A stretch of 64,000 nt of DNA from Trypanosoma brucei (taxonomy: Eukaryota). Positions 29,642 through 39,178 of this stretch are shown here, piece by piece. Position 1 is the stretch's first letter. The number at the start of each line of letters is the position of its first letter. Location: assembly GCA_000002445.1 (NCBI GenBank), contig CH464491.1, positions 4,032,001 to 4,096,000 of the forward strand. The letters are read 5' to 3'. The notes under the pieces were generated by a model that saw nothing but the letters and a program-made list of their open reading frames with translations, did not search any database and was not told where the DNA came from. The translations under genes were made by a program, and so were the position numbers.

Positions 29642-31951
29642 TTAGGAAGTGGCATAGCGCCAAACGTCCTCCAAAATACACGCGGCAGCCTGATGAAAGA
29701 GGGAAAATGACCCACAGCTTCCTTTTGACTGCTGCTGCTGCTGCTGCTGAAGTGCGACCACCTCGGCCTCCCGCCCAACTTCATCACCTTCAAGCAGCAA
29801 CACTTCTTGTACCAGGGAGTCACGCGTGGTGCCTTTAATCAAATGGCGTCTAATGGTGTAGAACGCCGTCATTACGGATGCCTCATCTTCATCGCTATCC
29901 AATGTTGAGCAAGTCGCATCGCAAAAATCATCTCGCAAAACTGAAAGGGGGAAAACCGTCATCCTGGAGGTGAATACTGGTTTATCATCCTTCTGTCTCA
30001 TGTTTATTTGCGGTTTCTTCCGGAACAAAGAACAGCCACCAACCTTCTTTATTTCGTACTTTACCGAAGCACGTGGTCCACCTCCAAGGGAGGTGAGTCC
30101 TTGCAATACCTTGAGACAATCCACATGCACAGAACTGGTACCACCACCATTGTGGAAGTTGTGACTTAACGACGCCGTCTTCCCACGAATGGTACCGCCA
30201 TCAACCTTACCACCCACTTGTCCGCACAATGTGTTGTGCCAGGAATGTTGAAACCAGCCTACGCCATACCGTCTCGAGTTTACCACATCTCCGTCACCGT
30301 CATCATTGCATATCAGCGAGAAGAGGCAGTGGCAGCCCGCCCCACGAATCTTATTCCGCACATGAGCCTCTGCAACAACAATATGGCTTGCTGCCACGCA
30401 CCACATTATGTCAAGCGGAAGAGTAGTGACATCTCTATGCCATACAAACCCTCCAGAGCCAGCTTTCTTATAATTAAATGGCAGGCAGACGGAACAGCCA
30501 CAAGCGCAAGATGAGGGAGGAGCAGTTGCTTTAGTCGGTACCTCATCTTCACCTGCGGGTGCAGCACGGAGGTTCTCCGCTTCAGCGCGATTTATCTCCT
30601 GCAGTAATTCATGAAACCGCGAGGTTGGATGACTAACCTCCACACATAGTGCTAAATGCGATGCGAAAATATCAGTATTCCCTTGGGCTGGTCGGACAGC
30701 CGTGTGAACAGGCGCTAAGGTTTCTGTTTCCGCGCTGCCATGACCGCTGCCTTCCAAATACCTTATTGCGCCACCAGTTCTGACAACCGTCCTTGAAGTG
30801 GCGAGACGTTTCCTCACGAACTGAATAAATCGCTCGTGATCCATTACACCACCACTCCCTTGTGTCTCCACAACAAAACCAAGCACGCAACAGAGAGCGC
30901 TTCCAACGCTTGTAAGAACAACGTTAAAAGGAACGCTACCACCGCAGCACCGGAGAGAGATCTCGCGGACGTGAATAAGTTGCAGGGGATGTGGTGACCC
31001 GCTTTGCGTTTCGTCATATGGCCAACAACTTAGTTGTTCAACAGCCAAAGCAGCGATGAGGAAACGGTCTCTGTGGTCACTTTTGCCAAAGAATGAGGAT
31101 GAGGCACAAAGAAGACCACTTGCAGAGAAAAATGCAACAAAAGGCAGTGCATCACTGTCCGGGGCCCAAAGCTGTTCGCACGACTTCACCTCAATACTGT
31201 ACGTCGCCGCAAGTGATTGAGCAATGACCGCAAACAAACACTGACATGAGCATTGTGCAAGTCCTTCCAACAACCGTAGGCTCTTACGGTCAGCGGTTGG
31301 TAACGAGGATACGGGGGACTTGTATGTGCAGGGGCCCACACGACAAAAAAGGAAACTGATAGGCACAATATCCTGTGAAACGAAAAATAGGAGGGCCTTA
31401 CGCCGTGCCAATAGGCGCCGGCGAGCTACAGACTCTGCTTTGCTTTTTCCTTGTATTTTGCTATCTGTTGCCTCCCAAGCGACGACGCGCCGCTCAAGGC
31501 CATCGGTATCGGGTACATTTCCACCTGCAAGTCCGTCGTACTCCAAAACGTCCTTTCCAGCGTGAGCCATTCCATCACCGCGCGGATTCCCTTTATCAGT
31601 GGGTGACGAAGTCACAGAGAGTGCATCAAGTAGCATCTGCATCCCACTACCACTTGTGCGACAGAGGACGTCCAACACACAGTCAAGTGTGAGTTCCAGC
31701 TCCCCTTCCGTTACGGCTGTTCCACCAACTGCAATTGTCACATCGCCTAATTCACCACCCATTCTCTGCTGGTGTAGGAGAACCAGCATTTCCTCCGCAT
31801 GTTCGTCACTGGTGCTACGGAAACAGTGAAAAACGCGAGATGCGAGCGGCGCCTGAAATAACTGATCTATGTCACTTAAAAAAGGGAGAGGGCCGAGTGA
31901 TGGCGCGAAGAGCCGTCGGCCATCGCTCGACTGAAGGTGAATCCACGGCAT
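29642..31951 (-). CDS. Hypothetical protein, 769 aa, with a poly-Q run.
   Basis: Long co-oriented ORF. (CTG)n at 29733..29750 on the plus strand encodes QQQQQQ near the C-terminus. Confidence 0.55.
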   Translation of the reverse strand: MPWIHLQSSDGRRLFAPSLGPLPFLSDIDQLFQAPLASRVFHCFRSTSDEHAEEMLVLLHQQRMGGELGDVTIAVGGTAVTEGELELTLDCVLDVLCRTSGSGMQMLLDALSVTSSPTDKGNPRGDGMAHAGKDVLEYDGLAGGNVPDTDGLERRVVAWEATDSKIQGKSKAESVARRRLLARRKALLFFVSQDIVPISFLFCRVGPCTYKSPVSSLPTADRKSLRLLEGLAQCSCQCLFAVIAQSLAATYSIEVKSCEQLWAPDSDALPFVAFFSASGLLCASSSFFGKSDHRDRFLIAALAVEQLSCWPYDETQSGSPHPLQLIHVREISLRCCGGSVPFNVVLTSVGSALCCVLGFVVETQGSGGVMDHERFIQFVRKRLATSRTVVRTGGAIRYLEGSGHGSAETETLAPVHTAVRPAQGNTDIFASHLALCVEVSHPTSRFHELLQEINRAEAENLRAAPAGEDEVPTKATAPPSSCACGCSVCLPFNYKKAGSGGFVWHRDVTTLPLDIMWCVAASHIVVAEAHVRNKIRGAGCHCLFSLICNDDGDGDVVNSRRYGVGWFQHSWHNTLCGQVGGKVDGGTIRGKTASLSHNFHNGGGTSSVHVDCLKVLQGLTSLGGGPRASVKYEIKKVGGCSLFRKKPQINMRQKDDKPVFTSRMTVFPLSVLRDDFCDATCSTLDSDEDEASVMTAFYTIRRHLIKGTTRDSLVQEVLLLEGDEVGREAEVVALQQQQQQQSKGSCGSFSLFHQAAACILEDVWRYATS

Positions 31952-33106
31952 GTTAAAAAGTTAAAGCCGTTTTTCCGAGTTGCGGAACTCACCTATACCC
32001 GCCTACTTACGACCAAGGGGGAAAAAAATAACAAAAATATCAATGGAAAAATGATGCGGCTCAACCATTAACACGACCCAAAAACACAAGTATGAGTAAC
32101 AGAGGGAGGGTGAGTGAATATGAAAGAAAACAAACTGTAGAAGCGCCCGTAATGAAAGTAATTGAAAAAAAGAACATAACGGAATACAACCCTCCCCAAT
32201 GGGGATGGCTCTCCCCTGCCCCACCATACGCTACATAATAGTGCGATCTATTTTAGCTCCACTGCCGGTCACCCATAAACGACCAACCTTTCCCGCTATT
32301 GAGCGGGTGACGTAATGGTTTGACTTGCACGCACGCAGACGAATGCACTTAACTTAATACACGTGCATAACGTCATCCCCCTTCTTACATGGTCAAAACA
32401 GGGGGAAAACGCGGTCAAGAGAATAATGCGCGGAGGTGTAGAAGAACATTGCGATCAACTAGGAGTTAAAATAAGTGCAAAGAAATAAATAAAAGTAACC
32501 AAACGAACGAAACAAATTCAACTCGTGGCACGCTCGACTGCTGTAAATGCGTTCAGCGCACACCATCTTTTTTCCTCCTCCTCCTCCTCCCTTCCGAACG
32601 AACAAACAACTGTGCCATGTTTGTGACTGTCCGTCATTCAATCGCCGGTTTATCATCTCCGGTGCGGCGGTAGTCCACTGCTTTTTCGATGCCGAAACCA
32701 CCGACAAACTGTTGCTACTGTGTGGCGCCGTTGAGGCAGCAAAAAAAAAAAGTAGCACAAAACGCGCCGCTGCAAGCCCCCACGACACCCGTGCCGGAAC
32801 TTAATTACCCTCTCCCTCTACATATAAGCCCATCAAAAGTTTGCACGTAATGGAGGAGACGCACTTTCCAATGAATAAAAAAATTGTTGTCGCACAAAGA
32901 GGGAATGATTTTAAAAAAAGTCTAAGTCACCAAACAGCAGCCCCTAATGGAACGAACAACCTCGAAAGCACGATAAACAAACAAGAGCGGAAAGAAATAG
33001 GGGCTACATCTCCCACAATCAGCCACGGTTTGCGCTGTCAACCCAAACTCATTATATACCCATATACATATACAAAAATATAAACGATAATGAGATCCTT
33101 TTCGTT

Positions 33107-34483
33107 CTAATAGACGTATGGGATCAAGCGATAACGAACTATTCTATGGAATTTGTGCATATCTTCTGCACCATACTTTTCACGCATCTGCTCTTCGTCC
33201 CTCAATTGGCGGTGAATCAAAAGCAGAGCAAAATACACTGGCTGAAAGTATGGCAGTGGTTCCGTAAACCCCGTAAGTGCTGACCATGAAAGGGTCATAA
33301 GCCAATCCCCTACATAATTCGGATGGCGGCACACGCCCCAGTAGCCCGACACAATCAGCGATTTGCCGCTGGACGTATGCATAACCTTCAGCGCCGCATT
33401 CGCTGGATCTTTTGGATTTTGTCGAAAACGACTTTTTTGATTGTTTGAGCCACGAAACACAGCGTAGCCAACAAGCGCCACCGCAGCGCAAATGCCTACG
33501 TGCATGTAGCTCAGCTGCGAGGCATGATAAGCCAGGAACTTTGCTTTCAGTGTATAAGTGAAAGGTACCCACGCCAAATCGCCGAAGCACAGCATAAACC
33601 CAAAACCATCATGCACGATGTCCATCATGGTGAGGTTTCCCTCTTCATAAAGAAGCCCGTCCAACACATAGAAAGACTCTAGCAGGGCAACCACAATAAT
33701 GCTGGGCGAGCATGTACCGACCTCCATCGCTTTTGCCACAAATGCCCAATTCAGGACGCTCCAACCAATGAGACCGGGACGCAGTTCACACATAAACTTC
33801 CAGTCAAGCGAACCCGTACGTGGATTGAGCTCACGGCCAACCCAGAAATCGTATAAGTAGTTTCCAGTGTTTCCTCCGGGGGAAAACGACACCTGAGAAG
33901 AGCGGAAGGAAGCGACGTATAGCACGATGCTCATAAAAACAGAAATGATGATGGCAGCCACCATGAGTGGCATAAACATGTCAGCCAGCCAGGCTAGACG
34001 AATCACATCAGCGTAGTGCATACTACCCAAAATAGCATGTACAAGTGTGAACACATGCAACGCGTTGATATTGTACGTGAGACATGTTCCATCAGAGAGT
34101 TTCACACCCTTCACTTGCTTTCCAACCGGAGTAATGTAAAGAAGTGCATGAAATGCCATCCACAACAACTCGACACCAAGTGCCAGTACCAATCGCGGCA
34201 CTCCCACATCCAATGCCAACAATATCATTGCGGGAAGGTCCCATACATTATGCACACTACACGAATTTTCTGAGCACAAGACATTGAGACCAATAACTGT
34301 GAGCGGCAGAAGCACCACCATCCCAAGTGCTCCCAGAGGGCCTCCCCACTCGTAGGAGCGGTTTTTATTCGTCACTGGTGTTTTAGTTCTGGGAGTGACG
34401 GGACTCTTTTTAGTCCTCCCGGGCGTCCGAGGTGCAGGCGATGCGGAGCGAGATTTTGTACCCTTGCGGCTCCGTGGCGGCAT
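33107..34483 (-). CDS. Sterol reductase of the ERG4/ERG24 family (sterol C-14 or C-24(28) reductase) with a basic SP/TP-rich N-terminal extension.
   Basis: C-terminal family signature GYWGVCRHPNYVGDWLMTLSWSALTGF...LLIHRQLRDEEQMREKYGAEDMHKFHRIVRYRLIPYVY. Multiple transmembrane segments. N-terminus MPPRSRKGTKSRSASPAPRTPGRTKKSPVTPRTKTPVTNKNRS. Confidence 0.8.
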   Translation of the reverse strand: MPPRSRKGTKSRSASPAPRTPGRTKKSPVTPRTKTPVTNKNRSYEWGGPLGALGMVVLLPLTVIGLNVLCSENSCSVHNVWDLPAMILLALDVGVPRLVLALGVELLWMAFHALLYITPVGKQVKGVKLSDGTCLTYNINALHVFTLVHAILGSMHYADVIRLAWLADMFMPLMVAAIIISVFMSIVLYVASFRSSQVSFSPGGNTGNYLYDFWVGRELNPRTGSLDWKFMCELRPGLIGWSVLNWAFVAKAMEVGTCSPSIIVVALLESFYVLDGLLYEEGNLTMMDIVHDGFGFMLCFGDLAWVPFTYTLKAKFLAYHASQLSYMHVGICAAVALVGYAVFRGSNNQKSRFRQNPKDPANAALKVMHTSSGKSLIVSGYWGVCRHPNYVGDWLMTLSWSALTGFTEPLPYFQPVYFALLLIHRQLRDEEQMREKYGAEDMHKFHRIVRYRLIPYVY

Positions 34484-34793
34484 TTGATGCTAATCCTTGC
34501 GTTACTTTTTCTGCAACGAATAACAAACAATATGGGGAGAAATGTATTTTTTTTCTTTTAAATGTCCAGTTTGATACTCTGTCAGTGTGTTCCTACGTAG
34601 TACAGTCGTTTTCCTTTTAAATAAACGGGCTCGGTACCTATGACTAAGTCAAAATAGTGGGGTGATTAAGCGGTACGGAATATTACAAACCTTAGCGAGG
34701 AACAAACCCATTCGTGGGATTATACCAGCGCATCCATCACTTTTCCTTCCGTCCTTTTGGGTGGATAAAGCAGACAAGGAGATGCTCCTCTCA

Positions 34794-35273
34794 CTACTCA
34801 TGGGAAACATCGGTGTCCGAAACGACTAACATAAGTCCTACCACCACAAGAAGCGCTCCCGCCAACCACGTGATTGTCACCACTTCATGAAACACAAAAA
34901 AACCGAGGATGGCGCTCACCCCAAAGTTGGCTCCGGTGTTAACAACTTGACAAACGGGTGTAGGTCCGCAAGACAGCGCCCTCACATACCACCTCCACAT
35001 CTGTGCAGTGCAGTAGCCATTCGCCGCCAGTGATACGGCGCGGAGCCCAAGAACCAACGCAGCAGCCAACGAATTACTCCTGGCGTCGATACCTACCAAC
35101 GCAAAAAAAAAACTCACAACTCCAGAAAGAGACGTGGCACTGCCGCTGTTATCGTGCGCAAACGCAAGCTTTCCAACAACTGCCGAGAGGGCACCGAACG
35201 TACCTGCTAGCAGGGAATACAACAAATACTGGCGCCCGCCCACAGTCCCCTCTTTCCTACTCTGCTTTGACAT
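34794..35273 (-). CDS. Small multi-pass membrane protein (159 aa; 4 predicted TM segments, TMEM42/EamA-half-like).
   Basis: Hydrophobic segments LLYSLLAGTFGALSAVVGKLAF, VVSFFFALVGI, AAALVLGLRAVSLAANGY and AILGFFVFHEVVTITWLAGALLVVVGLMLVV. Confidence 0.45.
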   Translation of the reverse strand: MSKQSRKEGTVGGRQYLLYSLLAGTFGALSAVVGKLAFAHDNSGSATSLSGVVSFFFALVGIDARSNSLAAALVLGLRAVSLAANGYCTAQMWRWYVRALSCGPTPVCQVVNTGANFGVSAILGFFVFHEVVTITWLAGALLVVVGLMLVVSDTDVSHE

Positions 35274-36622
35274 TTCCTTTATTTCCCCCTCATTTTTTTT
35301 GTTTCCATCTCGGTTTTGTCACAACAACAACAAGAGGTAGAAAAGAGGTGAAGTTATCTCTTTTTTTTAAAAAAAAGACTTGGTTCGCTGTTGGGTACTG
35401 CTACCACCATGCAATTTCAAAGCTTTACGAACCAGTTTTCGGCTAACGCCACCACAACAGATGCATTTAGCAGTGTCGAAGAATATACGTGCACGCGCGC
35501 ATGTGATGGGAGCCTCAATGAACAGCACGGAGGTAAATGAGCCTAATGCAAGTTAACGTGCATCCATCGTAGAAACTGGGTAAAACACAGGCGACAAAAT
35601 AATAATAATAATAATTCAAAAGACAGCCACCGAAGACGACTTATGGAGAGATCAGACGTAAGGACGACATGCAGCCGGCGAGTAGGGAGGAATCCAAGTT
35701 AATATTCTCCCAAACGACGGGATTTTTTCCATATTGCCTTATATATATATATATTTGCGATGCGGATACTCGGTTGACAGTTTCCAGTTTAACAATTCAC
35801 ACACTCACTTACATCACACAAGCTCCTACTCTTCTTTTTTTTTGCTTTCCCCTTCACCCGCCATACGCATAGAGACAACTTCACACAGTTGATTCAAGTG
35901 ATTTCAAAGGTTTCATCACAACACAACCACACACGCACGTAACATTTGTTGCGGTGCATGAGCGAAAGTGACAAAAAAGCATTACCACTGAGAACCCACA
36001 TTAAGTGAGAGGAACTATTTGTATTAAAGAGGAAGGAAGGGACTGGCGAGTGGAAACAAAAAAAGAAAAAAAAAAAGAAGCGCACGACCACTGAATGGAA
36101 GGCAAACACAACCCGGAGTGAATAAATGTTATCATCCCTCGCTCATGGTTTAATAGTCCATTGAGTATTCTCATATGAGAAATTAAAAAAAATGTCCTGT
36201 TAGAAGTAAAAGAATCTCGTTCAACCACGCCCACAGAGGCATGGGTCCATCAAAATTACGCCTGAACCTAAAGATCTACCGTCCTTTCCCATTGCCCATG
36301 TACATACTGGCTATAGAACCTGTAATACCTTCCACACGAATTCAGGAAAGGAGGAGGGGGGGGGAAAGAAAAAAGTAAAAAAAAAAAGACAGCAGCGATA
36401 TGTGGAGCGGGATTTCGAGGACTTCCACCTTTTTAAAGACCCGCTCAAATTATGTATTTGTGTTTACGTTGGTTGATGAAGAGCGTACTAATCCTCCATC
36501 TATTTGTCATTGGAGTCCCCAAGAGGGATAAGGCGATGGAACATTTTCAGAGTGAGTAAAACAGTCACCACAGCGCCAGTGGTTGCGACACCGATGCGAT
36601 AAAGTGTCTAACATAATCAAGC

Positions 36623-36670
36623 ATATTTAATATATAACTCGGGCAGTGACCGAGTTATATATTAAATATA
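36623..36670. repeat. Perfect 20-bp inverted repeat with 8-nt loop (hairpin).
   Basis: atatttaatatataactcgg / gcagtgac / ccgagttatatattaaatat. The arms are exact reverse complements. Lies in a 2.3-kb gene-free interval. Confidence 0.9.
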
Positions 36671-37548
36671 GTACAGAAAGTAGACGCCAACAACATATAA
36701 GATTTGTTACACAGTGTTCCTATGAGTGCAAAATAGTGAGAAAAAAAAACGGAAGGACAGTAACGCTGAAAACAACAAGACAGATGTATTAACAAGTGAT
36801 CCAGTTGGGCAAATGTGTCAGCCGCTTGAAAATGGCCGCTTGCAAACAATTCTTGGAAACAATTAGTCGGTTCCCCTTAGGGACGCACGAAACATTGTCC
36901 CCTTCCCTCCTCCCCCCTCCTGGAGCCGCAACCACATAATAGTAGCGGTTAGACAACACCGCAACTACAGAGGAGAAGGCAAGAAAAAGAAAAAAAAAGA
37001 GGGAAATGACCGCTGTAAACAGCAACGCTACTTTTAAGTAATGATAGCTTGGAAAGGAAATACAGTAAACAACTTTCTCTCCACTTGCGAACGGATCACT
37101 TCTCCCTAAAAGCAGCTGCTTCCGTTAAGTAAATATGTTTTAGAACATGATGATGTGTAGCATCTGACACAAGAAGATGTACTATATTTCAAAAAAATAA
37201 AATAAAATAAATAAAATAAGGAAAAGTAATAAGTGCTTCTTGTGCTCGCAGTATGCAAACTAACGTGATGAGAGTGATTGTACTTTCCTAAGAAACAAGA
37301 AAGAGGGGATGCCCCATGGTAATCGATCCCCCAGTACCTTTTTGTTTTCTTCACTGTATTCCTTGCATCCGCATTTGTTGCACTGATTTCAACCTGCATC
37401 TGTTATTCTTTTTGTCGTTATAAAAATATGATCCCTTCGCCTTTTCGCTAATGCGTCGCTGACGATTACTGCTTACATTTTGTGGCCTGCTGAGCATCGT
37501 CCGTTGCAATGGTCCACTATCCTCACATTCCCATTCTCTTACCTCCTT

Positions 37549-37567
37549 TATATATATATATATATAT
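37549..37567. repeat. (TA)9-10 microsatellite.
   Basis: ttatatatatatatatatatatt read directly. Confidence 0.9.
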
Positions 37568-37592
37568 TTTTTCGGTTGTACTTATTTTCGCG

Positions 37593-38519
37593 TTAGAAAC
37601 GATAGACGTGATCTTTTGTATAACCCATATCTCCCAAGATGCCACCGACGTCAGGGGCGTTGTTAAGTACTGTTCCCGTTGGTTGGTACGCAAGACCACC
37701 GCTCATTGCCTTGAGCACATTGGGCGAAGAGCCAACCACCTTCGTCATCATTGGGTCCGGGCCACAAACTAACACGAGGTTATTATCCGCTGGTTCAGGC
37801 ATAGTTTCTTTTATCATCTGCGGCGTGATGTATCCAATATAACCATTATAGTCACTTTGCGGATTCTCCAACATATCCACGGTGTAATGAACACTAAGGC
37901 GGTCAGCATGTTTTTTTGCCGTGCCGTCTAGCATTCCTTTGAGGAGGATTTTGTTCTCGGACCTGTTGGCAAATAGAAGTGAAAGTTTGGTCTTGTCGCC
38001 AGGGGTGTCGAGCGAAGCGTTCATGAATTGTAGGAGCGGACATATTCCAGTGCCACCACCAATCAGTCCCACCTCAGCCCATCGGTTCTTCTTGTATTGC
38101 AACTTGTATTGAACAACCCGAAAGAGAAGCGTGTCTCCAACATTCATGGAGAACAGATGTTCCGTGAAGCGACCACGGGGTTGTTTCTTAACGAGAAGGT
38201 CAAAGTAACCCATTGTTCCATTGGGGGTTATGGGCGTGTATGACCGCATCGGCTGGTCCACAATGTTGGCACCCTCCTTAAGACAGGCTTGTAGAGTACT
38301 GCATGGTACAAGATCAAAAGTGTCATCGACACGAGGCAGAAGGAAGCGGAAGATGGCGACATCTTCGGCTAAGTTGATAACCTCACCCAATGCAAGTGGT
38401 TTGAACTTTGTGTCAAGCACGGCGTTTGTGCGACACTCAGCTGTATGTTGCTGCGAAGATACACGTGCTTTAAAAGCCGCACCAAGAATGGAGGCAGCAG
38501 TAAAAGTAAGGAATTTCAT
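37593..38519 (-). CDS. NADH-cytochrome b5 reductase (FAD/NAD-binding ferredoxin reductase family).
   Basis: FAD-binding RSYTPI, NAD-binding GGTGICP and C-terminal CGPDPMM. N-terminal membrane anchor. 308 aa. Confidence 0.8.
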   Translation of the reverse strand: MKFLTFTAASILGAAFKARVSSQQHTAECRTNAVLDTKFKPLALGEVINLAEDVAIFRFLLPRVDDTFDLVPCSTLQACLKEGANIVDQPMRSYTPITPNGTMGYFDLLVKKQPRGRFTEHLFSMNVGDTLLFRVVQYKLQYKKNRWAEVGLIGGGTGICPLLQFMNASLDTPGDKTKLSLLFANRSENKILLKGMLDGTAKKHADRLSVHYTVDMLENPQSDYNGYIGYITPQMIKETMPEPADNNLVLVCGPDPMMTKVVGSSPNVLKAMSGGLAYQPTGTVLNNAPDVGGILGDMGYTKDHVYRF

Positions 38520-38574
38520 AATCAGAGTACAGTAGTTTAAAATAATATCAATAACTATTACCTATGTTCCTTCG

Positions 38575-38631
38575 TTTACACTAACCTCACCACAATTTAC
38601 GAAAACAAGACAGGAGGAAAAAGAAAAACAA
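38575..38631 (-). promoter_or_regulatory. Candidate polypyrimidine tract plus AG trans-splice acceptor for the cytochrome b5 reductase mRNA.
   Basis: On the minus strand: tgtttttctttttcctcctgtcttgttttc, followed by gtaaattgtggtgAGgttAG about 60 to 110 nt upstream of the ATG at 38519. Confidence 0.35.
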
Positions 38632-39178
38632 TGTCAAATGCAGCTTTTCGGATTGGTGTGCAGCATCAAGAAAATTTAGCAACTGCTAGTAGCATCACGA
38701 AACTCTAGGTTTAGCGGATAGAAGGGGCTGTGTAAAGAAAGATATCCCACGCCCACGGAGCGCTGCCGAAAAGCCAATATCTGGCAATACCAACTTAACA
38801 ACGCGTTCTCCACGACGTTCCCCTCTTCCCCCCACTCCTTCCCGTTGGTCCCATTAAATGATGATCGGTTCACCCTTGTGATGCTCTTCCTCTCCTCTTC
38901 CCGCTTGACGGACCTGCAAAGGTAGAATACAACACGCACATATGAAAATAAATTCCCGTCTCCTGATACCACAAGCACTGATCGCGTTTCGAAGGAGGAA
39001 CTAAGTGTCCCACTACCGGAGACACTTAAAACGGAACCAGAAGACGACCTTTAGTTTTCCTGCCGAACGGGGATGGTGCTGGAAAAAAAAACAGGAGTAA
39101 GAGTGGGCGCAGAAGAAAGGAATGTGCAAATGCATACTTACCTGCGCCCCTTACTTTTCACCTATCTTGCCAATCGAA

